A stretch of DNA of 44,914 nucleotides, taken from Candidatus Bathyarchaeia archaeon. GTDB taxonomy: Archaea; Thermoproteota; Bathyarchaeia; 40CM-2-53-6. Location: the NCBI GenBank assembly GCA_049517415.1, contig JBEKSC010000023.1:1-44914 (forward strand). Reading direction: 5' to 3'. The position numbers and the translations under genes are program-made. Numbering within the stretch: position 1 is the stretch's first letter; each line of letters opens with the position of its first letter. Shown piece after piece: positions 30,310 to 39,564 of the stretch. The notes under the pieces were generated by a model that saw only the letters and a list, made by a program, of their open reading frames with translations, was not told where the DNA came from and did no database searches.

Positions 30310-32118
30310 CTAGATTAGAACCCGAATTCTCTGCTTAGAGACTAAGGCACGTAAGAGGCTCCGGCCCAAGTCAGATTTCTTTGAGACCCTAATCTGACTC
30401 TTCTTGCCGATTGTTGCAGAGAACAGGTATTGGTCGCCAACGTAAACGTTCGCAGCTGTGCCCGTCAGATCTTCTTCAAATACTATGTCAATTCGATTCC
30501 CTACTTCTCTAATCTCGTAGCGGACCTCCTTCCCTGAGGAACTAGGTGCCAAAGGTTCTACGTCGATTTTGACGCCCAGTTTTTCTTCAAGTTTCGTGAC
30601 TGTGACACCCTTCTTTCCTATGAGTATGGGAACAATCTCGTTGTCGACCCGAACAACGGCACGGTTGCCAGAGACTAATGTGACCTCACCGCCTGGGTCG
30701 AATTTCCTAATTTCTTGCAATATTCTTTCCTCAGCTAACTTTTGTGTAGCGCTGATTGCAGGTTTTGCATCGCTTACTGGAATAATCACGTTCTCCTCGC
30801 CGAAGGTGTAGATCTCGAATTGCAAGGACCCGTTCTCGAAGTCGCGCACTTCAACAACTGGCCTGGCGAGGTCAGCCTCGATCATGCCCGTCGGAACTTT
30901 AACCGTCAAGTTTAGAGTGAAGAGGTTTCGAACTTCTCCATATTGAATGAATATTATTGTGTCTATGATATGTGGGATCATTCCCAGCTCGACGCGGCCA
31001 ATGAATCGTTGGATAGCGTTAATTGCCTCGCTAGCGTGCACGACGCCAATCATCCCGACTCCTGCCAAGCGCATGTCGGCGAAGATCATGAAGTCCTTGC
31101 TTCGCCTCACCTCGTCGAACACGGTATAGTCCGGCCTAACTAGGAGAAGAATCTCAGCAGTCTTCTCGAAATCCCCTTCCAGAGGGCCGTATTGTGTTAT
31201 TTCTGGGCCAACCTGCAAGTCTCGCGGTGACTCAAGCGTCTTGACGATCTTGTTCTGCCTCCAGTAGAACTCAGCTAGGGAAGAGGCAAAGGTGGTTTTT
31301 CCCGACCCCGGAGGGCCTGCGATTAGAATCCCTTCCGCTCCCGTTGCGAGCCGTTCCATCAGCTTTGTAGAAAGCCTATAGTCTTGTAGCGTGAGGCTAA
31401 CGACGGGCCGAACAATTGTAACTTCTAAGCCGTCGGATAGTGGGGGTCTGGTGATTGCAACACGGTAGCGTCCCAATTGGATGACCATTGCTCCGGCTCT
31501 GTTTATTTCGACAAAGCCTTCCCTGCTGACCCTTGCCGCCTCCGTTATCTCTCGAATGATTTGTTCAACTTCCTGTGTTGAGCTCGGTGTTTCGGAGAGG
31601 GTGACCAGCTCAAATTTGCCTGGTTTTCCTCTCTTTGCGAGTGCCCGCGTCCCCTCTTTGAGATGAATGCTAGACGTGTCGGGTGTGAATAACTTCTCAA
31701 AAGCAAGACCAGTGGTTCTGACTTCGCCTGGGACGTGCTTCACCTGTACGCCCGAGGCTTCAGCCACCAAGGCTTGCACGTAATCGGCCGTCAGCAGAGT
31801 CCCATTCTCAGACCGAGCAACGTCAGTGATGAGAGCATCTAACCTACCGCTCCTCGCTAGCATGATATCATTGTAGCCAGGCCGCTGCCCGAGAAATGTT
31901 AGCTTGATACCTTTACTATCGCAAAAAACCCGTAGCTTCTTGATTTCCTCAAGCCCGACGAAACCTGGCTCTCGTCCCTTCGAAGCTTGTGCCTGAAGTT
32001 CATCTAAGACTGCGTATGGGATTATTATCTCAACGTCAGTTAGTCCACCCTTCTCGATTACCGAAGGCACGTTGCCGTCTATGATTATCGATGTATCGGG
32101 GACGAGTTTCTGAGTCAA
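30310..32118 (-). CDS. PIN-domain ATPase with C-terminal KH domain (PINA family)
   Basis: VPDTSIIIDG (PIN), GPPGSGKTT, ESPRDLQ, DEVR, LIGKKG (KH). Confidence 0.93.
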   Translation of the reverse strand: MTQKLVPDTSIIIDGNVPSVIEKGGLTDVEIIIPYAVLDELQAQASKGREPGFVGLEEIKKLRVFCDSKGIKLTFLGQRPGYNDIMLARSGRLDALITDVARSENGTLLTADYVQALVAEASGVQVKHVPGEVRTTGLAFEKLFTPDTSSIHLKEGTRALAKRGKPGKFELVTLSETPSSTQEVEQIIREITEAARVSREGFVEINRAGAMVIQLGRYRVAITRPPLSDGLEVTIVRPVVSLTLQDYRLSTKLMERLATGAEGILIAGPPGSGKTTFASSLAEFYWRQNKIVKTLESPRDLQVGPEITQYGPLEGDFEKTAEILLLVRPDYTVFDEVRRSKDFMIFADMRLAGVGMIGVVHASEAINAIQRFIGRVELGMIPHIIDTIIFIQYGEVRNLFTLNLTVKVPTGMIEADLARPVVEVRDFENGSLQFEIYTFGEENVIIPVSDAKPAISATQKLAEERILQEIRKFDPGGEVTLVSGNRAVVRVDNEIVPILIGKKGVTVTKLEEKLGVKIDVEPLAPSSSGKEVRYEIREVGNRIDIVFEEDLTGTAANVYVGDQYLFSATIGKKSQIRVSKKSDLGRSLLRALVSKQRIRVLI

Positions 32119-32215
32119 TGCCCAATCCTTGCGTTGCTAGCAGTAGAGCGCTGTCAATAAAAACAGTACCGAGCGAAGCCGAGTGAAGAGCCGCTGAGCC
32201 GGCAAACCTCTCATA

Positions 32216-32770
32216 TTGGAGGTTGCAATCCAAGAGCCGAGGATAGTTTTGGAGCGCTGCATGTCTTCTTCGCGCGTTTACGATGGCCGAATCCTGAATT
32301 TCCGCGTTGATCAAGTGGCCTTGGGGAACGGTGGGACAACGAAACGTGAGGTCATTGAACATCGTGGTGCTGCTGCAATTGTCCCGGTAACCCGAGACCG
32401 CGATGTCATTCTAGTTCGTCAATACAGGTATGCAATAACAACAAACTTACTCGAAATCCCGGCGGGAACTATGGAACCTGGAGAAACACCTGAGCAATGC
32501 GCCTCGAGAGAACTGGAAGAAGAGACGGGATACAGGTGCAAGGAGATTGAGAAAATATTGGAATTTTTCCCCGTCCCAGGTTACAGTACAGAGAAGATTC
32601 ACGTTTACCTAGCTAAAGGGCTCATCAACTCGAAGATGCATACCGAAGACGACGAGAAGATCGAACTGGAAATAATGCCGTTCCATAGAGCCTTGGAAAA
32701 GGTTCGGTCGGGAGAGATTCAGGATGCAAAATCAATCTGCGCACTTTACCGGGCCGCCGAACTGATTTAG
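32216..32770 (+). CDS. NUDIX hydrolase, ADP-ribose pyrophosphatase-like
   Basis: RQYRY, EIPAGTMEPGETPEQCASRELEEETG, IQDAKS. Confidence 0.93.
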   Translation: MEVAIQEPRIVLERCMSSSRVYDGRILNFRVDQVALGNGGTTKREVIEHRGAAAIVPVTRDRDVILVRQYRYAITTNLLEIPAGTMEPGETPEQCASRELEEETGYRCKEIEKILEFFPVPGYSTEKIHVYLAKGLINSKMHTEDDEKIELEIMPFHRALEKVRSGEIQDAKSICALYRAAELI

Positions 32771-33351
32771 TGTCTTGCCTCAATTTTGAAGAAAGCGGGT
32801 TGGCCCGATGAGATCATCCCCATGACTTTCTCCTTCAGCGGGGACAAAATGATGCCGAAATGCTCGTTGTCATATTTTTCCAGTTTCTCGTAGGCTCGTT
32901 TCATAACTGAGAGTGTGATCTCTTGTTCGCTTTTTTGCAAGTGAACGAGAGCAGCGGCTAGGAGAATGATGCCCTGTAGGATCTCTTTCTCGGAACCGCT
33001 GGACCTTCTCCACGCTGCTTCTAGCGCCTCGTGGCTCTCCCAATATCTCTCCTCATTGAACAGGGCCAGGCCTAGTTTGACAGCCTCCGTGTTTTCCATC
33101 AGGGCGGTTTCCACGTCTAGTTCCCGAATCGTCACCAACGAGCCGATCTTAGCCTCAAGAGCTTGAACTGCCCTGTTTGAGTTGGCCTTGGAGTCGATTA
33201 GGAGGTCAAGTTCTACGGCGGAGCTGCTGATCCGGAGATTCCCTATGTCCCCACCCAATGGTCGCACAGCTTCGTAAGCAACCGAGGTTAGGTGATGTCT
33301 GTCAGCTGGGACGTATTTTCGCTCATTTGAAAGCCTAACCAGAAACCTCAT
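32767..33351 (-). CDS. DUF309-domain protein
   Basis: LFNEERYWESHEALEAAW...QGIILLAAALVH. Confidence 0.88.
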   Translation of the reverse strand: MRFLVRLSNERKYVPADRHHLTSVAYEAVRPLGGDIGNLRISSSAVELDLLIDSKANSNRAVQALEAKIGSLVTIRELDVETALMENTEAVKLGLALFNEERYWESHEALEAAWRRSSGSEKEILQGIILLAAALVHLQKSEQEITLSVMKRAYEKLEKYDNEHFGIILSPLKEKVMGMISSGQPAFFKIEARH

Positions 33352-33440
33352 TCTAGATTACCGCACTTTCAGCATGTCAGAAAACAGCTATAACAGTGGT
33401 TGAACGTCAACAATTCTCCGATAAGAGCGAGGTTGCTCCC

Positions 33441-33851
33441 ATGTCTGAGTCACAAGAGTACGTGGTGGACGGCAACGAAGTGAACAAACTCCTAGAAGCC
33501 TACAACTTTGAAGCTTACCAGCCCACCAGTGAACTACACCACATGTTATCGGGCCAAGTCTTCGATGCGATTGAGAAGAAACTCGTGAAAGGCTTGATGG
33601 AAGAGATTGATAAGGCAAAACCTCAGACTGTCAGATTTCAGAATCTTGAAGCGCTGGCCTCAGGCTCCCATAAGGAGTATCTTTACCCAATCTGTGGGGG
33701 ACTTGCCGTTCTAATAGAGAATCTAGGGGCAAAGAACATACAAGTCACTGGGACAGTTCAGAACCCCTTGGTGCTACCTTGGCATTTGGTGGCGAAATTA
33801 GACAAGACCTTCAAAGGGATACCTGCCCCCAGCCAAACACAACCCCCGTAG
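33441..33851 (+). CDS. Hypothetical protein
   Basis: ORF with GAGGT upstream of ATG 33441. Confidence 0.65.
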   Translation: MSESQEYVVDGNEVNKLLEAYNFEAYQPTSELHHMLSGQVFDAIEKKLVKGLMEEIDKAKPQTVRFQNLEALASGSHKEYLYPICGGLAVLIENLGAKNIQVTGTVQNPLVLPWHLVAKLDKTFKGIPAPSQTQPP

Positions 33852-33961
33852 AATCGACTGCATACTTAGGTCCGCCCCACGCAAACCTGCTAACTCAACG
33901 CTCACAGTTGCAGGGTAACGGTTAATTCTAAGCCCACTTTCTTCGAGACAGGTAACTTCCA

Positions 33962-34423
33962 ATGTCAGTCGAGATCGGACAAAAACCTCCGGATTTCCAA
34001 CTCCACGACCAAGATAAAAAGCAACGTTCTTTGAACGACTTCCTAGGAAGGAAAATCGTTCTGGCGTTCTTCCCAGGAGCTTTCACAGGAGTTTGCGATA
34101 AAGAGATGTGCACCTTTAGAGACTCATTACAATCCTTACCCGGACAAGTTGTTGCCGTAAGCGTCAATGACCCTTTCACAAACAAAGGCTTCGCCCAAGT
34201 ACACAACTTGCAATTTCCCATACTCAGCGATTATTCAAGGGAGACCATCAAGAAGTACAACATCGTCGCGAACGACTTCGCTGGGCTGAAAGGTTATGCA
34301 GCAGCAAAAAGGTCTGTGTTCATTTTAGACGAAAAAGGCATCGTCCGTTACAGGTGGGTTTCTGAAGATGCGACCAAAGAACCGAACTACGAAGAAGTAA
34401 AGAAAACGTTAGCTAATCTCTAA
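33962..34423 (+). CDS. Peroxiredoxin (BCP/PrxQ-like)
   Basis: FFPGAFTGVCDKEMC, FPILSD, KRSVFILD. Confidence 0.93.
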   Translation: MSVEIGQKPPDFQLHDQDKKQRSLNDFLGRKIVLAFFPGAFTGVCDKEMCTFRDSLQSLPGQVVAVSVNDPFTNKGFAQVHNLQFPILSDYSRETIKKYNIVANDFAGLKGYAAAKRSVFILDEKGIVRYRWVSEDATKEPNYEEVKKTLANL

Positions 34424-34466
34424 ACTACGCTTCAGCCCTATCCGCGAGGGCTTCACTTCAGTTCTA

Positions 34467-34492
34467 AAATAGAGGAAAAAGAAAAAGAGGGG
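34467..34492 (-). terminator. U-rich terminator after hsp20
   Basis: Minus strand reads CCCCTCTTTTTCTTTTTCCTCTATTT shortly after the stop. Confidence 0.55.
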
Positions 34493-34510
34493 CGTCGGTA
34501 CCGTTACGGC

Positions 34511-35125
34511 TTAGTCGATTTTGATCTCTCTGCCCCGAGGTTTTGGTTTCACCTTTCGGAGGACGATTTCCAGAACGCCGTTGTTGTACGATGCCTTGGA
34601 TGTGTCTGAGTCGACGCTGGATGGGAGTTCAATTTCCTTGTAGTATTTTCGTGCGGCGGAATCGACACTGATCGTTAGCCTGTTTTCAGATATACTGGTC
34701 TTGATGTCTGATTTTTCGACTCCGGGTAGTTCGGCGACTACGCGGACCTGTTCTGCCTCGTTGATGACGTCTACCAAGGGCTCGCGTGAGTCCTTTGGTT
34801 CTAGTGCTGGTTGTTCGAGGCCGAAGGCTCCAGGCTTCTTGGAAGGTTTGACGTTTCCGAACTCTTGTATGACGGGTTTGCCGTCGGGCCCCATAGTCAT
34901 TGAGTAGCCGTATACGAAGGGGCCGTATTGTCGCATGGTTGAGCCGTCAGGCAATTTCCTTTCGGTAATGCTGTCTTTAGGCATACCTTTGGCCATGTCT
35001 TGGAACATGCGTTCGAACATTTGGTCAATATCGCTGAACCACCTGTCCATCCAACCGAAGGGTGATGTGCGTCCTCGGCGCGACCTAAACCATTCAGGGA
35101 ATTCGTCGTCGTTTGACATTCTCAC
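34511..35125 (-). CDS. hsp20: Archaeal small heat-shock protein Hsp20
   Basis: GPFVYGYSMTMGPDGKPVIQEFGN, EPLVDV, AELPGV, ASYNNGVLEI. Confidence 0.95.
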   Translation of the reverse strand: MRMSNDDEFPEWFRSRRGRTSPFGWMDRWFSDIDQMFERMFQDMAKGMPKDSITERKLPDGSTMRQYGPFVYGYSMTMGPDGKPVIQEFGNVKPSKKPGAFGLEQPALEPKDSREPLVDVINEAEQVRVVAELPGVEKSDIKTSISENRLTISVDSAARKYYKEIELPSSVDSDTSKASYNNGVLEIVLRKVKPKPRGREIKID

Positions 35126-35149
35126 AGTTCACCTCGCATGTGCTTAGTT

Positions 35150-35178
35150 TGTTACCATTAGTAACACTTTCATATAAA
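35150..35178 (-). promoter_or_regulatory. hsp20 promoter: TATA box plus palindromic operator
   Basis: TTTATATG (minus, 35171-78); TGTTAC-N5-GTAACA at 35150-35166. Confidence 0.6.
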
Positions 35179-35183
35179 TATTG

Positions 35184-35240
35184 TTACGTAAGGTAACGGA
35201 TAGTTGACGGTTGACGGCTGAGGGTGGATAAAGTCGGTTG
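35184..35240 (+). repeat. Target octamer plus left end of element 1
   Basis: TTACGTAA|GGTAACG-N9-CGGTTG-N21-CGGTTG. Confidence 0.85.
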
Positions 35241-35259
35241 ATAAGAGCCTATAGGTAAA

Positions 35260-35991
35260 CTACCGCTTGCGCTTCTTGCGGGGCTTGGTCACAATGATTA
35301 TTCCTCGATCAAGGAGATTGTATACCGCAAGCAGTATCCCTATCAGAACAAGAATAATGATCGATGATAACGCTCCAATAGTCGCGTACAGCGGGACAGA
35401 ACTTAGCAAATACGTAGTCGAACTTGTCAAGCTGAACACCGTCGTCGTTTGCATCACCTCTGCAACATGTGACAAAGTATTCGTAGACCCGATAGATGTC
35501 ACTGAAAGGTTAGTAATCATGCCATCAAAATCACCAATATTCCCTAGAGTCACTACGTAGTGACCTGATTCGGAGACTCTCGCAGTTGCTACCATTTGGT
35601 TGGAGGAAGGAAATGGGGGGAAAACTGGGCTTAGCTGAATTATCACTGCGTCACTAGGGGGAATGGAGAAATTAGTATTGTCTATGGAGACCATACAAAA
35701 CTGGCACTCGGTTACGTTTACTTGAATGATGCTCCCTGATTGAAGGAAAAAACTGTGACTCACCCAGCAAGCCTCCATGCAACGACCCGCAAGGTTGACA
35801 GGAGCGTACAGACTGAAGATTCCATTCGGTTGAGCGAGGCTCGTTTGTGTTTCATAATTGGTTGTTAGGACAGTGCCTTCTGACATGTAAGTTTCAATTT
35901 GAGGGTTAACTTGGCTTGTTGGATACCAAGGCAAAACAAGGGCGATAACTGCAACCATGAGCACTAGTGATGAAGCGATAACTGCTTTCAA
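35260..35991 (-). CDS. Membrane-anchored S/T-rich surface protein (cargo; paralog of 40085-40789)
   Basis: N-terminal TM ending PWYP, beta-rich middle, C-terminal TM plus basic tail. Confidence 0.75.
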   Translation of the reverse strand: MKAVIASSLVLMVAVIALVLPWYPTSQVNPQIETYMSEGTVLTTNYETQTSLAQPNGIFSLYAPVNLAGRCMEACWVSHSFFLQSGSIIQVNVTECQFCMVSIDNTNFSIPPSDAVIIQLSPVFPPFPSSNQMVATARVSESGHYVVTLGNIGDFDGMITNLSVTSIGSTNTLSHVAEVMQTTTVFSLTSSTTYLLSSVPLYATIGALSSIIILVLIGILLAVYNLLDRGIIIVTKPRKKRKR

Positions 35992-36019
35992 GGTGAGAAT
36001 GGAAGCGATTCATAAGTTC

Positions 36020-37183
36020 TTAAGACTTTGCAACTTTGCGACTCGCATTTTGGATTATGGTGAGCCATTTGTTCTCTCCCTCGATTTTGATTCCTGCAAC
36101 ATCAGCTGGCGTTTTGCCTTTTAGAGCTTCATGTGGCCGTATGTAGTTGTGGAAGATTTGCATACCTGAAAGAATAGGCGTATCAGTTTTCTCTAAGGTT
36201 CGCATCACGCGCTCTCTGTCCCTTAGTTCTCCATTCATGCGCTCCATCTTATTGTTGTGAACCTTGCCAGCCATGCGGATTTCTTGTATGTGTTCGGTTC
36301 TTGTTTCAAGACGTTTCGTGTAAAACTCTCTTAGGTATGCTTCGTGGAAGTTGGGGGCACCGTCAGTTATCAGAGTCTTAGGGCTTTTCTCCGCAATTTC
36401 TTTGCCTTGTTGGAATAGTGGTCTTAGGTCGGCTGTGAATTTTGTGTCAGCTACTTCTTGGGCTATCCAGAAGCGGGTTTGGTCGTCCATTAGGGCGTAG
36501 AGGTACTTCATGTTCCCTTTTACTTTCAGGAATAGCTCGTCTGCTCTCCAAGTGTCTGAGACTTGCGGAGTTATCTTGTCCAGATACTTCTCCATCAGGG
36601 CCGTGTATTTCTCAATCCAGTTGAACACGGTTCTGTGGCAAACATGAACGCCGAGCAGCCGTAATGTCTTGGCCGTATTCCGTAAGCTCTCTCCGCTGAA
36701 GTACATTTGCATCGCCGTCGTTACGGCTTGAGGGCTGTGCTTCATTCGTTCAAAGCCCAAGTTGACGCTGAATGTTCTATCGCAAGCAACACATAGGAAT
36801 CTCTGGATTTCACCGCACTTGTTATGCCTGATTCCAAACCTTTTGAGACTCTTATCGGAGTGGCAGTAGATGCAAGCAGTGATCTCGACAGGCTGAATAA
36901 CTACATTCTCTCTAACCTTTTCTCGTAACTGCTCGCGTAGCTGACAGGCTATGATGTGCTTGCATCGAATAATCTGGTGAAGCTCACTTGCCCTATAGTG
37001 AAAATCTAAGCAACTGCAAATCCAAGAACCATTCTCTCTGCGAACAACATCATACGTTATCTCTCTTGATTGGGAGTTGACTTTGTAGAAGCGTTCATCT
37101 ATCTGCTGAATCTGGTTCGGTTTCTCAGCGATTAGTCGCCCTTTTTCTTCACGGGAGAGAACGGCTGTTTGCATTTCATTCAC
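36020..37183 (-). CDS. DDE transposase (IS6-like core) with N-terminal SWIM finger, Zn ribbon and HTH
   Basis: CSC...CKH (SWIM), CIYC...CVAC, SLRNTAKTL...HRTVFNWI, WRADE / ITDG / NKMERMN triad, HNYIRPH. Confidence 0.9.
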   Translation of the reverse strand: MNEMQTAVLSREEKGRLIAEKPNQIQQIDERFYKVNSQSREITYDVVRRENGSWICSCLDFHYRASELHQIIRCKHIIACQLREQLREKVRENVVIQPVEITACIYCHSDKSLKRFGIRHNKCGEIQRFLCVACDRTFSVNLGFERMKHSPQAVTTAMQMYFSGESLRNTAKTLRLLGVHVCHRTVFNWIEKYTALMEKYLDKITPQVSDTWRADELFLKVKGNMKYLYALMDDQTRFWIAQEVADTKFTADLRPLFQQGKEIAEKSPKTLITDGAPNFHEAYLREFYTKRLETRTEHIQEIRMAGKVHNNKMERMNGELRDRERVMRTLEKTDTPILSGMQIFHNYIRPHEALKGKTPADVAGIKIEGENKWLTIIQNASRKVAKS

Positions 37184-37240
37184 GGCTACGATACTGTAGC
37201 CTAAGTTTAATATAAGGCTTACTACGATATCGTAGCCATG
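37181..37240. promoter_or_regulatory. Bidirectional promoter with twin palindromic operators
   Basis: GGCTACGATACTGTAGCC (37184-201), TTTAATATAA (37206-15), CTACGATATCGTAG (37222-35). Confidence 0.7.
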
Positions 37241-37426
37241 GTCAGAAAAGAGATATTCGGCAAGTCAGAACGCAAAGTCCTAGAAGCATATCTTAGCGGA
37301 AAGCGTCTGAAGGGCTACACTACGCTTTTCACACGAATCCGCCAACTAGGTCTAGCAGAGATAATCGAAGGGTGCGAGCATGATCTAGAGTTACTTAGGA
37401 AGTTAGCTAAGGTCATCGACCTGTGA
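37238..37426 (+). CDS. Small helical protein divergent from the transposase (candidate regulator)
   Basis: 62 aa, basic N-half; ATG about 23 nt from the TATA box. Confidence 0.65.
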   Translation: MVRKEIFGKSERKVLEAYLSGKRLKGYTTLFTRIRQLGLAEIIEGCEHDLELLRKLAKVIDL

Positions 37427-37439
37427 GAGGGATACTTTC

Positions 37440-37859
37440 GTGACGAAGCGGCCAGTGCTTGTGACAATACTTGCAATCGTGTACGCTCTAGCGGGCGTGA
37501 TGGTCATCGTGCTGGAGTCAGTGGTCCTAATAGGTCAAACATTGCCCAATCAATCTTACACTTCAGCTCTTCAAATGGCTGGATTATCAATGATAGTGCT
37601 TCCGCAGTGGGCTATTCTCGTGTACGCAGGCGGGTTTTTCGCATTAGCTCAAGGATATGGGTTTTGGAGCCTGAAAGCATGGAGCTGGTGGTTGTATGTA
37701 GGATTCGTGATCGCTCGTCTTGGGTCCGTCATCTTTTTTCCCGGCATATCCTCTAGGCCCCTAGCAATCCTTGGCGATATCGTAGTACTGATGCTCTTAC
37801 TTTATCTGATCATGCGACGCGACATATTCCATCTGAAGATTCCGAGCTGGCTGAGTTGA
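37440..37859 (+). CDS. Membrane protein (cargo)
   Basis: RPVLVTILAI N-terminus, about 4 TM segments. Confidence 0.7.
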   Translation: MTKRPVLVTILAIVYALAGVMVIVLESVVLIGQTLPNQSYTSALQMAGLSMIVLPQWAILVYAGGFFALAQGYGFWSLKAWSWWLYVGFVIARLGSVIFFPGISSRPLAILGDIVVLMLLLYLIMRRDIFHLKIPSWLS

Positions 37860-37886
37860 TCACGACACGAAAGGTGCCCCGAAAAC

Positions 37887-38078
37887 TTATGCAAAATGAT
37901 ACGCGCGGCTGAATCTACTTCTGATATAGGCTGTCCTTTCTGTGTCGGAACCTGATAGGGCTTTTAGCGTGACTAGTAGATTTTTCGAGTCGTCGTAACC
38001 TAGAATCCATTTCTTAAACCATATATCAAAGTCTATTATCAGTCGATCAACGTCGTCCATAGCTGAAAAATATGCCAA
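37887..38078 (-). CDS. Small hypothetical protein
   Basis: 63-aa ORF only. Confidence 0.3.
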   Translation of the reverse strand: MAYFSAMDDVDRLIIDFDIWFKKWILGYDDSKNLLVTLKALSGSDTERTAYIRSRFSRAYHFA

Positions 38079-38114
38079 TTCTCGACCCAGTGACCGAATC
38101 GGTCGTTATCGGTC

Positions 38115-38528
38115 TTGTCACGATTGCATATGGCATTAGGGTGGGAACGACACTATACGGCGTTCATTTCGGTCGTTATGAATGTCGTTTTCACGGTGGT
38201 TCTGTTTGCTTCTACTAATTTTCCGACACAAATGGGTGGGATACTCATTATCTACATCGTTCTGGGCTTTGTCACAGCATGGAAGACGCTTCGCGCCATA
38301 TTCTTCTTATTTGGAACGAAAACCTTCGGGGCACTTGCCCTGACAGTTGCCCTAGCTGAGTCAGGAAATATAGGATGGACAACATCTATCGCGCAGGGAT
38401 TAAGCCAGTTTGATCTCATGACAGCTGAGTACCTTGTATCATGGGTTGTAATCGCCCTAGTGGTACACGTTGCCGGATTCATATTGTTTCCACCGCATCG
38501 GTCCCATCACTCACCAATGGTAATGTAG
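38115..38528 (+). CDS. Membrane protein (cargo)
   Basis: About 4 hydrophobic segments. Confidence 0.65.
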   Translation: MSRLHMALGWERHYTAFISVVMNVVFTVVLFASTNFPTQMGGILIIYIVLGFVTAWKTLRAIFFLFGTKTFGALALTVALAESGNIGWTTSIAQGLSQFDLMTAEYLVSWVVIALVVHVAGFILFPPHRSHHSPMVM

Positions 38529-38619
38529 GTACGCCGGAAAGGTAATGCTATCAGCCGAAAGGTAACAACGGCAGAAATCTGGGCGATTTAGCGTTTCAAC
38601 CGTAGAGGTAACAGAGCCT

Positions 38620-39192
38620 TCAGGGATTCCTGCCACCTTTGGTTTTCAACTCATCTTCCCAAGGGAAGCGGGGTACAAGTCTGATTTTGTGTTTCCGCGC
38701 GAAACGTTTGAGGGCTCTAATGTTGTCAAATTGAACGGCGCGTATGATGTGGTTTCTGAACAAGTAATAGATATGCTGTGGTATCCAGTATCCAACCTTT
38801 GTATCCGTATTCACTACGTAATACGGATAGTCGGGGTAGAATGGTTCAGGTTCGTCTTTCGGAAACAGAACTTCTAAACGCGCATGGCTCAACGCCAGTT
38901 CTGCGGTTAAGGCAGCGAGTTGCAATCTCTGATATGTTTTCTCTGCATTAGATGGTTCACCAATTCCCAACAACTTGGCCAGTGCTATGGCTAACACTTC
39001 AACGCCTCCAAACGAAAAGAAGGTATTCCAATCGAAGAGGTGAGAAGAGGTCAGAACTGCTAGGAGGACAACGATCAAATAATCGCCGACAATAGCTAGG
39101 CCAAGGATTACCGCCCATCTTCCCGCGAAACGTACCCATTTCGGTATTTTGAGATAGTATCTGCGTATCGCTTGTAGTGTGGAAATGGTCAT
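38620..39192 (-). CDS. Membrane protein with soluble C-terminal domain (cargo)
   Basis: Two TM segments followed by a basic soluble domain. Confidence 0.65.
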   Translation of the reverse strand: MTISTLQAIRRYYLKIPKWVRFAGRWAVILGLAIVGDYLIVVLLAVLTSSHLFDWNTFFSFGGVEVLAIALAKLLGIGEPSNAEKTYQRLQLAALTAELALSHARLEVLFPKDEPEPFYPDYPYYVVNTDTKVGYWIPQHIYYLFRNHIIRAVQFDNIRALKRFARKHKIRLVPRFPWEDELKTKGGRNP

Positions 39193-39324
39193 TTGCTTGC
39201 ACTACCTTAATTCTTGAGCGTCCTGCGAATTTAAGGCAAGGTTGCGTGTCCCGCTTTGCAAACCCCTTCGGAGGCCGTTTTGTCGTGTCCCACCAACGCA
39301 AAAGTTCCCACAAATAACAAACGG

Positions 39325-39439
39325 CAACCGAAACTTTACAGCTTGCTAGGAATGCATTAGCAACCGAGAACTTGACGTTACCTTACGTAAGGTAACGTGA
39401 AGTTCACGGTTGATAGGATATGCTGTGAAATTCCGGTTG
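39325..39439. repeat. Junction of elements 1 and 2 (long imperfect palindrome)
   Basis: CAACCG-N30-CAACCG-N9-CGTTACC|TTACGTAA|GGTAACG-N9-CGGTTG-N21-CGGTTG. Confidence 0.9.
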
Positions 39440-39564
39440 ATGACCAAACCAGAAATATGATTGAAACTGCAAGAATCGTCCCAAAAGCCACTAAAGTAAG
39501 TTTGGTGGTACTCTTCTTGTAGATCACGAATGTAGCGAAGATAAGGACGGCGAGGACATCAAGC

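Larger units (their letters stand above)
35192..39382. mobile_element. Element 1: cargo transposon with an intact SWIM-DDE transposase
   Basis: Inverted ends GGTAACG (35192) and CGTTACC (39382) with internal CGGTTG/CAACCG boxes; flanked by TTACGTAA direct repeats at 35184-91 and 39383-90. Confidence 0.8.

Noticed and set aside
1148..33851. Genome-wide TAG reassignment (pyrrolysine or another code), suggested by the atpI amber codon
   Set aside because: Many genes (hypB, hypA, phoU, trmB, LLM, top6B, aIF-1A, PINA) end in TAG at their expected C-termini, and no pyl genes are in the window.
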